DNA of 64,000 nt from NCBI RefSeq assembly GCF_036321535.1, contig NC_087436.1, positions 51,028,001-51,092,000 on the forward strand, in the 5' to 3' direction. A model generated the notes under the pieces. It had not been told where the DNA came from. It searched no databases and worked only from the letters and a program-made list of their open reading frames with translations. This stretch comes from Camelus dromedarius. Its lineage: Eukaryota. The translations under genes were made by a program, and so were the position numbers. Shown here one piece after another: positions 25,711-38,972 of this stretch (within the stretch, counting starts at the first letter, position 1; the number at the start of each line of letters is the position of its first letter).

Positions 25711-27176
25711 TGACAAAACATGCAAAGAAGTAGGAAAATATGACTCAGAAGAAAAAAATGATACAAATGATAAAATTAGCAGCCAATGCCTTTAAAACTG
25801 ACAACAGCAATTGTTGAAGAATGTAAAGGAAAATACGGACATAATAGATAACAAATAGGAAATCTCAGCAGAGAAATGAAAACTATTAAAAAAGAAAAAA
25901 AAAAGGAAAATTCTGGACTAAAATGAAATTTTACTAGGTAGACTTATCAGCATATTGAACAATGTAGAAGAAAGGATCCATAAGCTTGAACAATGGGCAA
26001 TAAAAACTATTCAAAGTGAAGCAGGGGGAAGAAAGGCAGGAAGAAATGAAAACACCTTCAGTGACTTATGGGACAACAGCAAGTGGTCTGACATGTGTAA
26101 TTTAGAGTCCTAGAAAGAGAGAGGAAAAAATAAAAAATATTTGAAGACATAATGGTGGAGAATTTTCCAAACTTGATTTAAAAAAAAAAAATCAACCTAT
26201 GATCCAAGAATCTCAAAGATTCCCCGTGTTGGATAAAGGCAAATAAAGCCATAGGTAGTCATATTAGAGCCAAACTTTTAAAAACTGATGCTAAAGGAAA
26301 AAAATCGTAAAAGCATCCAGGGACAAGGGCAAACAACAGTAAGTATGATGGCTGACTTCTCATCAAAAACAATGATGAAAGGGCTGAAAGAAAAAAAAGG
26401 AATTAGTGAACAATTCTATATTCAGCAAAAATATCCTTTAAAAATAAAGATGAAACTGACATTTTTCAAATAAAGAAAAGCTGAGAGAATCTGTCATCAG
26501 CAAGCTTGCTAAAAGATATGTTAAAAAAGTTCTTCATGCCCGAAGGAAATGGTACCAGATAGAAACTTTGGACATACATGAAAGAATGAAAAACACCAAA
26601 ATGATGAATACATGTGTATGGATAAGACTTTTTTCTTGTTTGCTGTTCAAAAGAAACATCACAATACATTTTGGGGTTTGTAACCTATGCAGCAGCAAGC
26701 CGTATAACAGTAACAGCACAGAGAATGGAAGTAAACCACTGCCACGTTCGTACATTACACATGACACATTGTAGCCTTAATTCATGGTAGACTCAATTAT
26801 GCATATTGTAATCCCTAAAGCAACCACTTTAAAAAATAGCCAGTGAAGGAGATAAAATGCAATTTAAAAAGTAAACTTGATTTATTCAAAAGATGGCAGG
26901 AAAGGAAAAAAATGAATAAAGAAAAGATGACACAAACAGATAACAACTACCAAGATGATGGGCTTAAATCCAACCAAATCAACAATTACATTAAATGTTA
27001 ACAGCCTAAACTCACCCATAAAAAAGTAGAGATGGTGAGACTGGGCAAAAAAGCAAGACCCAAGGATATGGTTTTTGTAAGAATTACACTTTAATATTAC
27101 AGACTCAGTTTAAAAGTATAAGAAGGGAATGTTATACTAGTTATACCACAGAAACAATAAATATTAAAAAAGGCTA

Positions 27177-27287
27177 GGTGGAGGGTATAGTTCAGTGGAA
27201 GCATGCACAAGGTCCTGGGTTCTATCCCCAGGACTTCCATTAAAACAAACCAACCAACCAACCTAACCCTTCCCTAAAAAAAAAAGT
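27177..27287 (+). mobile_element. Camelid tRNA-derived SINE (internally deleted), inserted in the L1
   Basis: ggagggtatagttcagtgg...gcatgcacaaggtcctgggttctatccccag with an A-rich tail; flanked by ttaaaaa(a)ggcta repeats. Confidence 0.85.
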
Positions 27288-27735
27288 TTAAAAAGGCTAC
27301 GTTAAAATATCAGATACAGTAGACTTTAAAAGAAGAAATATTACCAGAGACTAAGAGGAATTATTTCATAAGAATAAAAGGTCATACCATCATGGAGAAA
27401 CAATGATTGCAAAGTATACGTACATATTAGCAGAGCTTCAAAATACATGAAGCAAAAAGTGGCACAACTAGAGGAAGAAACAGAAATAGCCACAATTAAC
27501 AGTTAAGATTTTTAACCCTCTTCTTGCAGTAGTTGATAAAAGCAAATCAAAAGAACATCAGTAAAGATATAGAAAGTTTAGGAACAATACCAGCAACCAA
27601 ATTAACCTAAGTGCATATATAGAATACTTCACCAATGACTGCAGAATCTACATCCTTTTCAAGTGCGCAAGGAACATTCACCAAGACAGATTATACGCTG
27701 GACCATAAAACAAGTCTCAAAAATCAAAGCACTGA

Positions 27736-27933
27736 CAGGAATCTACACAAGTGATAAAATGGCATAGTACTATATACACTGGTCGTTACCAATGTCAGTT
27801 TCCCAGTTTTGATACTGTACTACAATTATGTAAGATGTAACAACTAGGGGAAACTGGGTAAAGGCTACATGGGACCTCTCTGTATTATCTTTGCAATTTT
27901 CTGAGAATCTATAATTATCTCAAAATAAAAACT
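27736..27933 (+). mobile_element. L1MC/L1MD-like 3' end nested in the older L1
   Basis: L1 3' UTR text ending caaaataaaa; 12-bp TSD tcaaagcactga at 27724-27735 and 27934-27945. Confidence 0.85.
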
Positions 27934-28650
27934 TCAAAGCACTGAAAGCATACAGATATGTTATCTAAACACAATGAAATTAAGTTAAAAACCAAGAACA
28001 GAGAGATACCTAGAAAATCCTCAAATTTATATAATTAAGCCAAGATGTTAAGGGGAGGAGTGTGCCTCTTAGAACAATAAAAAAAAAAAAAGTAAATATA
28101 ACCTCATTCCCGCATATGAAAGAAGCATCTAAATTCTTGCTGTATCTTGTCCACTGTAACCATGGGGGACAAGGATTTTCTTAGACAAGTGATTGGAATG
28201 CATGCCAATGCTTTCTATAAGAAACAAATCTTTGCCTATGGTGTTTTCTTAATCATAGGTGACTGAAATTTTTAACATCAGAAAGATGTTTTGGACATTT
28301 TCTAATCATATTATAAACAAGTGTCATGTATATCAAATGGCCATTCCAAGAAACATTTCTTTTTGTTAACACTAGATACAGTAAGATAAAATCTGGTGAA
28401 TATAATTTTGTATAGCTAGGGAAGTTCTTTAAATTACAGTAAGTTAGCTAAGATCATCCATGTTATAACTGAGGTCACTCATGGGATACGACTTCCTTCC
28501 ATTGCCACATAAAAACCAATTCAATACATCTACTCAGAGTTTGAGGTCTTTCATTCAGGTGGCATCAGGACTTACTGGACTTTGTTCTGATACTTTTGCT
28601 TCCACATTTTTAATTCTACAGATTTCTTCCTCTCTAAAAATAGAGTGTGA

Positions 28651-28932
28651 TGGTGAGGGAGCATGTATAAACAGGCAAAGGGGCTTTTTAGGAGAGTGAA
28701 AAATACTGTTGTATGATATCATAATGATAGACAGACATAATAATACATTTGTCCAGACCCACCAAATGCACAACTTAGTTCATCAGTTGCAACAAACGTA
28801 CCACTGTGGTGGGGGAACGTTGATAATGGGGGAGGTTATGCATGTGTGAGGACAGGGAGTATATGGGAAATCTACACTTTCCCCTCAATTTTGCTGTGAA
28901 CTTGGCTCTAAAAAAATTAAGTCTTGAATAAA
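28651..28932 (+). mobile_element. L1MC1-like 3' end
   Basis: gttgataatgggggaggttatgcatgtgtg..ggacagggagtatatgggaaatct...cctcaattttgctgtgaac; TSD aaaaatagagt(g/a)tga at 28636-28650 and 28933-28947. Confidence 0.85.
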
Positions 28933-30949
28933 AAAAATAGAGTATGACTAAATGTTAATTTCATGTCTGGCCTTTATCTTGAGAACCATTTTGGAATATT
29001 TGTATTTTCAGGCTGAGGAGGAAGTAGACCTCATGGATTATGAATTAGAGATTAATATTCTTTTGATCAAATATACAGAAACTGATCACATCCTCTTAAA
29101 TCTGAATATGATGACTTTAGTTTGGATTTTCATTTTTTATTAATTCTCTAATATCAACAAACATATAGCCTTTATGTTTTAAGAGAGAAAAAAAAAATCA
29201 TCATGTGAACCAGCAATACTGGGTTCTATGGGTACGGTGGACTATGGACTGGGTGACAATTGGCCTGGAAGGGGAAAATGGTTTCCTGGAAGACATAACT
29301 ACAACCACCTTCCAATTACACACATACACAAATAATGATTTGCAAGCCTCAAAACCAGGCCTTATGCAAGGGACCTTTCAGTTCTTGAATCTGGATATGA
29401 AGGGCTTTCCACACTGACCATTCATGTAGATAAGTCTTTCTGCATATGCAGATATCAACGTCTAAAGTGAGCAGGAAGAAAGAGGAGAACTACCCTCTCC
29501 TGTATGTCCGATAAGGTCTGATGAGAATACTTCTTTCACCCATGTCTGTCTGTCAGTGATCTCGACTGCTTGGCCGATAAACAAACAATTTACTCAAGCC
29601 CGTAAATAACAAATTAATGGGAAAATGTGATTTGTTTTGTATTTTTAGTTCCATAGTTTGTCCAGTGAGGAAACTCTGAAATGAACTACCTTTAAGGCTT
29701 TAAACCATAGGAGAGTTCTTACTTATGTGAAGCATCTTGGCATACTGAATTCATCTGGTCAACTCTTGCTTGTAATGTAGATGAATATGAGTCACGGAAT
29801 CAACATATATGTAATCCAAAGGTCATTAGCGAAACCTTTTAAATGAGAGTGAAGGGTAGGGATCCTGACTAAGAAGGGGCAGAAATGGGGCTTTTGGTGT
29901 GCTGGTACTGTTCTATTTCCAGAACATTACCCAGGTTACGTGTGTTCACTTTGAGATAATTCATTAATGCTGCATTCTTAATGATTTGTGCATTTTTATA
30001 GTTATGTGATTCTTCAATTCTAAAAAGCCTAACGTAAAAAGAAAAAAATTTAAACCAAAAACATTTCATGATCTAATAAGCTCTCTGAAATTATAAATTT
30101 CTGTCTTGTTTAGCATTATATTCCCAGTGCTTGGAACCTGGCACACAGGAAGGACTCAACATATATTCAAATGAATTAATGGTTAAAAAAGAAATCCTAC
30201 TATGCAAAGGTGGAAGAGCTTATATAAAAAGCAAAGGTTCGCTTATCCCATTTCCCAACTCCAATCCTGCTTTTCTGAGTGATTGACTTAACGCTCTTAG
30301 CTTTCTCTTTTTGGTTTTCCTAGGGGTTCTTTTCGTATCTCTAAATACTACATTTATATCTTTTTTCTAAACTGGTCAATTTTAGACACTGTGTTCTTGC
30401 TATAACTGATGAGGATTCAGCTCATACCACTTCCACTTTTCTATCTTCTTCCAAAGATAGTTAGAATTAGTGAGACCTCGAAACAATTTAGAATCAAAAT
30501 AGTGAATTTTATATTCAATTACTGTGTCAAGTTTGCCTTCAATTTCTTTGGAGAAATATGAACATGGGTTCATAGTAGAGAATAATTAATAATGAAAAGA
30601 TACAACTCCAGAAACCCCTACATGTCAGAAAGAAGCTAGACTGGGACCATAAATAACTCATAATCCAAAAATGTACAGTTCCTCATATTGTCATGTTGAT
30701 AATCAAGAACTGTCTTTATACCTTCTCACATGCATTTTCCTTATGTTGAACTCCCTCGATATGGCAAGAAAATCTGAAATCATCCAAATAATACTATTAA
30801 ATCAAAGAAACAATTTTAGAGGCAGATGCTCATTTGGTCCAACCTGCTCATTTTTTTAAAGAGAGAAAATGAGACCCAGAGAAATTAATTTGCCCAGAGT
30901 CACACAGCTTAATCAATAGCACTGCCCACCAATATTTTGTCTAGTTATT

Positions 30950-31650
30950 TACTTATTCATACAGCAAACTTACTGGGTGCTGGGCAGATAAAACGTTAAG
31001 ATAAAATCCCTGCCCTCAAGATATTTCCTGTCTAGAAAGCATAAGAAGTCAAGAGCGTATGGACTGGGAACACACAACTCCTTATGGGGAGGTTGGGGAG
31101 AACAAATGGAGAAGGGACAGAGAGATGGTGATGCCTAAGCCACGCCTGAAGGTTGAGTAGTTAGCACCATGCCTGGGAAGGAAAGGGCACTCCTCACACA
31201 GGGGGTGCATATGCAGAGGTATTCAAAGTGAGAAAACACGGCAGATAAGGAACTGAAAATTGATATGGATGACTTGAGACATAGCGGGTGGGTGAGGAGC
31301 AAGGGTATGCGGTGAAGTGTGCAGGAAGCAGTTTATGAAGACAATGGAGGTTCATTTCAGAAATACAATGACTGTGACATGATCAGACTTGCACTTTGGA
31401 AAGCTGACTTTTATGCCGGAATAAAGGATGGAATAGAAGCAGGAGAGAAGACATCAGGAGACAATGCAAAAATGAAAGCTAGAAATTCAATGAGGAAGGG
31501 ATGGATTCTGGAGATGAGGCTGAACTGACAGAACTTGGTGACAGACTGGAGGAGATAGGTGAGTAAGTGTGAAGAATGGATTCCTAGATTTCTGGCGTAA
31601 GAAACCTACTGAATGGACCATGGTGGGCTAAAAACTGTATTCCCTAATAT
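30950..31650 (-). mobile_element. L2 remnant
   Basis: ttattcatacagcaaacttactgggtgc...tccctgccctcaag...gtgacatgatcagacttgcactttggaaag...gacagaacttggtgacagactgga. Confidence 0.75.
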
Positions 31651-31807
31651 GCTAGGAGTAGCAATTTGGTGGATGGGAATGATGATTATAATACCGATGG
31701 TGACATCTATGTCACAATAATTAAGTGCCTCAGCAATAAATTATTGTTTTCTATGGCTTACCTTGAATGACTAGACTCCTTCAGCTCAACACATATTTAG
31801 TAAGTAT

Positions 31808-31907
31808 GGGGGGAGGGTATAGCTCAATGGTAGAGTGCATGCCTAGTATGTATGAGGTCCTGGGTTCAATCCTCAGTACCCCCATTAAAATAAATAAATA
31901 AATAAAT
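31808..31907 (+). mobile_element. Camelid tRNA-derived SINE (Vic-1-like)
   Basis: ggggagggtatagctcaatggtagagtgcatgcctagtatgtatgaggtcctgggttcaatcctcagtacc followed by an (aaat)n tail; intact A and B boxes. Confidence 0.9.
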
Positions 31908-34900
31908 ACGTATTATAGCACAATTGCCCCCTAAATCAACCATCTACTTCAACACAAGATTGAACTACCTCTCTAAACAACTTGGACTAATTCCTACTTA
32001 GCTATTATGGTAGACTTTCTAAGAGAAAAAGGATACTTTCCCTGCCCGTCATAAAAAAGAACTTCAAGGTAAATGACTGATAAAGCAATGCTTTAAAATA
32101 GTTAGGAAATATTAAAATGTTCCAAGGTGTGCTTGTTAAGTTCAGTTAGATATCTCAAATGGGAAACTGTGTAAACACATGGAGAAATCATAAAGACAGT
32201 GTATCAAATGAACACTATGATATAGCATGAAAGCAAGGAAGCGCATCTAACTATTGTCAGACACCATGCTTCTGATGTTAACTTCCCTCATGTAATGAGG
32301 TCTGCTTAACAACACAACTGACTTCAGAATGTGTGGGAAATCACCATTGTTTTCAATTAATCAAAAGTAGGATAAGCCACAGTGAAATGTCTATAAAAAA
32401 GTTCTATTCAAGGGCAATCTCTCTGTCACTCTTTTCATTACGACCCTCCCCTTCTCATCCATGATATATAGATTTTTAGCCTTTTCTCTGGAATTCAGAT
32501 TCACTTTCTAGATTATTTTTCTAGATATTTTCTATGATAAAGTCCAGGATCTAATTTTATAGAGGACTCTCACCCCCAAACCTTTGTCTATGCTTTCATT
32601 ATCCTTCATTTGATCACTTTTTTTGACATTAAATTTAACTTTTATTTTTTACCTTCATGTTTCTTCCTTTCTACTTTAAATTTCCTCCATATGAACAGCC
32701 ATTCACACTCCTTCCATTTTTCCACACTGTCTTTATTTCAACTTTATAAGTCATAAAGGTGTTTGCATTATATTGACAGCATTATACTAGACGCTGCACA
32801 CTATAAGGGATTCTTTTCCTTTGACCTCACCACCACACCTAGCCCCCATTTAAAAGAAAAAGACACTCTTTATAAATCAAGTCTTGATGATCAAACACTG
32901 ATAAATGGTTCAATCCTGGTAAATAAACCAATACCTAAATTAAGAACTGGCAGTCAAAGAAGCTCTTCAAATATCAATACAACATGAGTGAGGGATTCAC
33001 GTTAAAATATTAAAAAATAGTCATTCTCCTCATTCCTAAAATCCTTATCTTGGAAGGCATATTTTCTAAGACGAGCAATTTATTTTCATGGTTTAAACGA
33101 ACTGCAGGCTTGGACAAAGAATCAATGATTAGGTAGGCTGATTAGGGAATCTGTCATCACTTTTAATTTTTTTTCTTTCATGATTGATATTATGTTAGAA
33201 TTGACTTCTGGAGATAAAAATGAGGGATATGTATGCCTTGACACTGAGATGTAGTATGATATGTTTAGTAAATCACATGACAAATAAAAAATGAATAATA
33301 AAAATAATAAATAATTTTAAAATATAACTGCTATTTTGACTAACAAAATTCATTATGGCAATCAAATTTTTTAATGTTAATTAAACTCCTTATATGAAGT
33401 GTGCTTAACTTTACGTAAGCTTTGTATTTTTTTAGTTCAAGTTAGCAAAAAAAGAAAATGTCACATACAAATGCTAATGTGAATCTTATATATCAAAAGG
33501 CTTAAATCTAAGAAAAATCCAAAGCTTCATCTTCCAGTATGAAATGTTTGAACTGCCTACATATTTTTTGACTGGTATGGTGAAGGTTAAGACAACATTA
33601 TAGCTTTGTGTTTTTGTTTATGCCCAGAAGCTGCAGATTGAGCTGATTATATAATGGAACATAGCAAAATTTATCGCTCTCTGCTAGTCTTCTCACAGGG
33701 AAGCTACAGAGTACTTGGATTCTTTTATTATTTTAACTAACAAGTATTTCAGGGTACTTTTCAACAATGACAGCTTTACAATGCCCTTGTTATACAAGTA
33801 AACATTTAGTTTCTTCAGTTTGTTGGCAACAACAAAAATGATTATACATAGATGTACTTGTAACAAGTTTTAAAATTAATTTTTAAAACTTGAATGTATG
33901 TTAATGAAATGATTTGAAGGGAGGTCAGGGTCAGAATCAAGTGGACAGCAAAGCAGTGGACAGAAGCTAGGGGTTTTCAATAAAATGGTTCTGACTCTCC
34001 CTGAGGGCATGACACCAGGACTGGGAATGTTTGGCACTGTGTCCTTTTACAGTTCTGATGGTATATTTCATTTAATAAATTATGCCCACGGAGAATAAAT
34101 GGTTAGATTTGGAGTTTCAAGGACAATTTTCTGAAAATGCTACAAATAAGAAATAATCAACAAAATACTCCCATGATGAGGCTCCAAGTTTTATAGTGTT
34201 GCAAAGTCATTAAAATATGAAAGAACTGTAATCCTTGTGGGCTGTGTGCTTGATCCTGAGGTTTTCCAGCTATAATGCCCCCAGCCCCCACAAATTTTTA
34301 TAGGTCGTTAAGTATTTAATTCTGGATGTCATAACATATTTTACTTTCTGACTGATTAATTTAGATAGGCTTGAGCAATCTTTGGATTACAAAGTAGCGC
34401 TTGTAGCATTGTTTCTTTTTTTGAAGATGCTAGTACTGAAATTACAGTTTCAATGGAGCTCAGAAAAATTCTAGCATAGCTGCAAAGTTACATTTTTTAA
34501 TTGTATAAGCACCTTTTATCATTTTAATTACTTTATTACCTTGCTTGATAAGTGCCTCTAAAACTTTCAAACTAAAAGCTATTTTTTTTTCTAGTTCATA
34601 AACTCTTTCAGAATGAAATGCTTCCCTTTTGGAAGGCACAGGGTACTTTTTAATAAATTATTTGTTCTAATAAATTTCAAATGCTCTTTAGATAAGAATA
34701 TGATATCTAGGAAGCAAGAATTAGCTTTTGGATTCTTCTTCCCAGAAGGCAAGGTAAAACAGTGTAATTTTTGTTCCTTGCAGAAAATGACTGCCCTTTT
34801 TTAAACAAACAAAATGCAGCAAAACTTATGGGATTTCTTCATTCAACAAATAGTTATCGATTACTCACTATGTAGCAACAAGCACAGAATTAAGCATCAG

Positions 34901-36104
34901 ATATTTGTCAGTATAGATTAGAGACAAATTAGATATGATTTCTTTTTAGCTAGAACTGTGGGATTTCAATTCTCTCAGATAGTTACTTTCCTCTTCTTTT
35001 TAAAGAATAAGCCATATAGAATCTCTACATTCTTCTTTAAAGCTCCCTCAGTCGGATTTTTTTTCACAGTTTAAAGAAATAGAGTCTATAGATTAAATGT
35101 ACTAATATCTGTTGCAAGTATGGGTCAGAATAAAACCTGGTTATAAGATTTTTGGCCTAATAGTGAAAAGTAAGTGAAAAGTAGTAAGCCAATTTGTAAT
35201 GAGGAATTAAAGCATTCATTCCATTATTCTAATTCCAAAAACCGGCAACAAATTAAAGCAGCTGAGATGTGCACTACTGATAATTAAATCTATTAGTTAC
35301 TGTAAAAAATAGAGAGAATGATAATTGATCTTTTAAAAACAAAATACAATGATAAAAATTCTAAGTACAATGGTATCTTATTATGATCAACACTAAATCT
35401 AACAAAGTATTTTCATCCACAATCTATACTTCTGAAGAGTCTATACTCCTTAACAAATCACATCTTACATCACTTTCGTGTAGAACTGTTAAGGTTTAAA
35501 CTTGAAGTGAAGCAACAAGATGCTATGTCACAACTTATTTTCTAAACTACTAGCTGATACACAAGAGTAGGACTACCAACCTCACCTGAAAACATGAGAG
35601 CATGTTAATCTGCACTCAGGAATCCTCTCTAAAACAAGAGACCAAAGGTATGAAGCAATTTCACCATCGTGAAAAAAAAAATGCTACTTTTTTCATCTAA
35701 CAGTGAGGCACTGGATACTAATTAATGAAATATTACAAAGACAAGTGTCTTAGTAATATTACCCTAATGATTAACTCTACCAAATTACCTGGTTTCAAAT
35801 ATTAATCTTTTTATTTTTTTCATTAAAACAAAACAAAACACAGTCAAGGAGCCAAAATGACTTGTTAAACTATGTTCCAAGTCTCAGCTTTCCTCTCTGA
35901 AGATGAATGAATGAATGCCTCTATCTTTAAAACACTTAAGGTCTCCTCAACAGTGACAGGGTCAACTCAGAGGGGTATGTATGCTTCTGATGATTTACCT
36001 GCTCACCTCTAAGAACACGACAGGGGAATTCAGCATTTATAGGAGATACAAGAGGGCAAATGAGAATTAATTCCCAGAACCTTATATGATTCATTTTATA
36101 AACA

Positions 36105-36432
36105 GAAAACCAATCAGCCAAACAAAACAACCTTCCTACTAAAAGTGAGGTAAATCAATGAGAAATTTTGCATAGCCACTGATTCTTAAACATTTGCTCC
36201 TGCTAATGTGATTCCTGTCAATCTGTATAAGAACATAATCTGAATATTTATACTCTGTCGGTTAAAAGTACTCTGCATTCCCAGATATACTTCCTACTGC
36301 AGTCCTCTCAGGCTGCGTTCAGAACAGAACTTCTACTACTAAGTTCTGAAGAAGATAAAGGTATTTTGACTAACTGATCAAAAATCTACACAAAAACTTA
36401 GATACCAGTTTTTAAATTTATTGTTTTAAAAT
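36105..36432. repeat. Copy A of a diverged ~330-bp direct duplication in intron 1
   Basis: Colinear with 37867-38202; exact shared block aaagtactctgcattcccagata at 36265-36287 and 38038-38060. Confidence 0.9.
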
Positions 36433-37866
36433 ACCAACTACTGTTCTTACTTCTCCCAAGTTCAAACTGATTGAAGGTTATGAAGTAACCACTTCCCCCA
36501 GAAGCCAGAACTTTCACCTCTTCTGAACAGGGGAATACCTCTCATAAATTAGGTAAAAATAAGGGCTTGCTGATTGAATGATAATTCAAGATTCCTGTAG
36601 CTGCCAATTCCTTATTGAGACCTTCCATGTACCACAATGAGCAATCCCTGGAAGTCTGAGTCGCAACTGACTTCATCAATTATCTGGAAGTCTAAAAGCA
36701 GTAGTAAAAACAACTTGCATAAACTTAGTTTCTTGACTGGCGTCAATTTGTTCCAAGAAACATGGCAAGAGAAATATGAGGACTGTGTTCTCTAAATCTA
36801 AAATTCTGCCCATTTCAGACGAATTGAGCTTTCACCAAGTGCAACCCAGTCATTACAAATGATCTTGTTTAAGAGGTAGAAGTAAGAAGGAAGTGCAAAG
36901 ATCAAAGGAGTGCTTACAAAGGGGAACAACTATTTTTGTATGTATACTCCAGTATTTACTAACGGGCTTTGAAAAACAGGGGCGTTTGTTCAGCCCATGT
37001 GAATGCCAATTGCAGAACATCAGATAAAACTGAAAGTTCAAAACAAAGATAATAGATTTTTAAATCACCACCAGTCCCTAATTGGATTACAATATTTTCT
37101 TTAAAAGTCTTTCAAACAAGGTTAGACGTGGTTTTCTATTCACAGCAAGCAGTATTTCAGTGCCAGCATTAAATCTACACATAATGAGTCTTTCTTTGTG
37201 TTCATATTTGTCCAGTAGGCTGTGGCCCAGGAAGACATTTTATCTAAACAAGCTCCAGGGGGCTTTGAGGAGTTGCAGGTATACCAACACAGATGAATAA
37301 TTTCAGGAGATTTCATGTTCCCATTTATCATAAATGTTCTTCTTACCTCAGCAATTTAATTACATCATAAATGTAAAATGCTATAGGAAACAAATCTCTT
37401 TTTATTCCCTGGCCTCTCAAGTTCATAAGCTCAAAAATATTTTGCTTTAAGTTATTTACATAATTTCTTTAGTGCATCAAATAGTAAAGGGATTCATCTC
37501 TAGAAAGCACAATATTAAAATCAGGAAAACAACATACTTCAGCTAAAGGCTTTATTTTAATCGGATTTCCTTTCACAGTTAGCAAACACAAATGCAATTT
37601 AAACTACTCAGGAATATTCAATTGAGGTATTTTGCTAGAAAAATAAGCACTCAACATTTAGATCCCAAGCGTTAACGTTTACCAAAGATCACCAGGTTGT
37701 AGAACATTTCTGACAGGGCTATTAAATATTTTAATAATACCCTAGTCATTTTCTCAGATTATGGGCTTTATAATAAAATCTTTAAGTTAAATATAGTTCT
37801 TTAGTTAGCTGCAATGCTGGAAAACCCTACTTAATGAAGCCCATGAAAGTCTGAAATCTTGATCAT

Positions 37867-38202
37867 CAAAATCAATCAACCCAGCAACCAATCTTCCTGC
37901 AAGCTTCCTAACCCACTAAGGTAAATAAATGAGAGATTTTGTGTGGCCATTGATTCTTATACACCATTTCTGCTCATGTGATTCCTATTCAATCCACAGA
38001 TTGGCAGAGCATAATCTGAACATTTACTCTATTGGTTAAAGTACTCTGCATTCCCAGATACACTTTCTACCGCAGTCATCTCTATGCTCAGAACAGCACA
38101 TCTACTAACAAGTTCTGAAGAAGGAAAAGACGGTGTTTTGACTACTTTATCAAAAATCTATACGGAAACTCAAGATATTCTTAAAATTTATTCCTTTAAA
38201 AT
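37867..38202. repeat. Copy B of a diverged ~330-bp direct duplication in intron 1
   Basis: Shares aggtaaat, tgattctta, atgtgattcct, cataatctgaa, aagttctgaagaag, ttttgacta and atcaaaaatcta with copy A, in the same order. Confidence 0.9.
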
Positions 38203-38972
38203 GTTATGATAGGTTTTGTCTGTATCATTATTTCTGTTCTAGAGGTCATGCACAACACATGGTGCCGTTGTTCAAGTGTTTCACATAATTAGAGTGTCTA
38301 AAAAAGTGTTCTAAGTGGGAAATTTCGTTCTCAAATGCCAGGCCCTGTAGGATTAGTACCAGGCCCTCCTTATGTTTTTAAAAACGAAGGTACAGGTCCT
38401 ACAGTAGGTGAATGTATCATTTCCTGGTGAGGGTGTGTATGTGAACTGGGGGCTTCTTCTGGAAGTACGTGACAAGGAATAAAGCTTCAGTCTGGGGGAG
38501 CTGGGGAGGGCTTTCCCAGCCAAGAGGACTGACATGCACTTCTGCTTTCATTTCATGGAACGCCCTTAGGTGAAATCTGGTTCGGCACTGCACCAACCAC
38601 CTTCCCCTCTCTCCTCCGCGCCCAAGAGCACCTCAACCCTCAAGCCACCCCCAGCAGGGGTGGGGGGATGTCAAAAAAGTTTGCCCGAGTTCCCCTCCGC
38701 TTCCCGTTCCCGCCCGGCGGAGGGACGGAGGAGAAAGGACGGCCCGGGCAGCCGCGGCCCTCCGGCCCGTGCCGAGTCCGGATGTGCCTTTCTCCCCTCT
38801 CGCCGATCCCATGTGCCTCTCCACTGCTGTCAACCTCCTCCTACGGTCTGGCCGAGCGGTTAGCGCAGGAATGAGGAAGTCCGAGCGGGGCCGGAGGGGT
38901 GCGGGGCGGGTGGGCGGCGGGAGTCGAGCCGCAAGTCGCCGGCGCGGCCCCACTCGCCCGAGTTTGGCTTAC

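Larger units (their letters stand above)
25010..28045 (+). mobile_element. Old L1M-type element: 5' UTR, decayed ORF1 and the start of ORF2 (endonuclease region)
   Basis: A-rich strand with ORF1-like fragments (ADFSSKTM, atattcagcaaaaatatcctt) and endonuclease-like text (catccttttcaagtgcgcaaggaacattcaccaagacagattatacgctggaccataaaacaagtctcaa). Confidence 0.85.

Noticed and set aside
31808..31880. tRNA-like sequence with A and B boxes
   Set aside because: It has an A-rich tail, related copies elsewhere in the window and no complete cloverleaf; it is a SINE, not a tRNA gene.
37340..37352. Strong 5' splice site (GAG|GTAAGA) in intron 1 as a recursive splice site
   Set aside because: It lacks a YAG and a polypyrimidine tract upstream.
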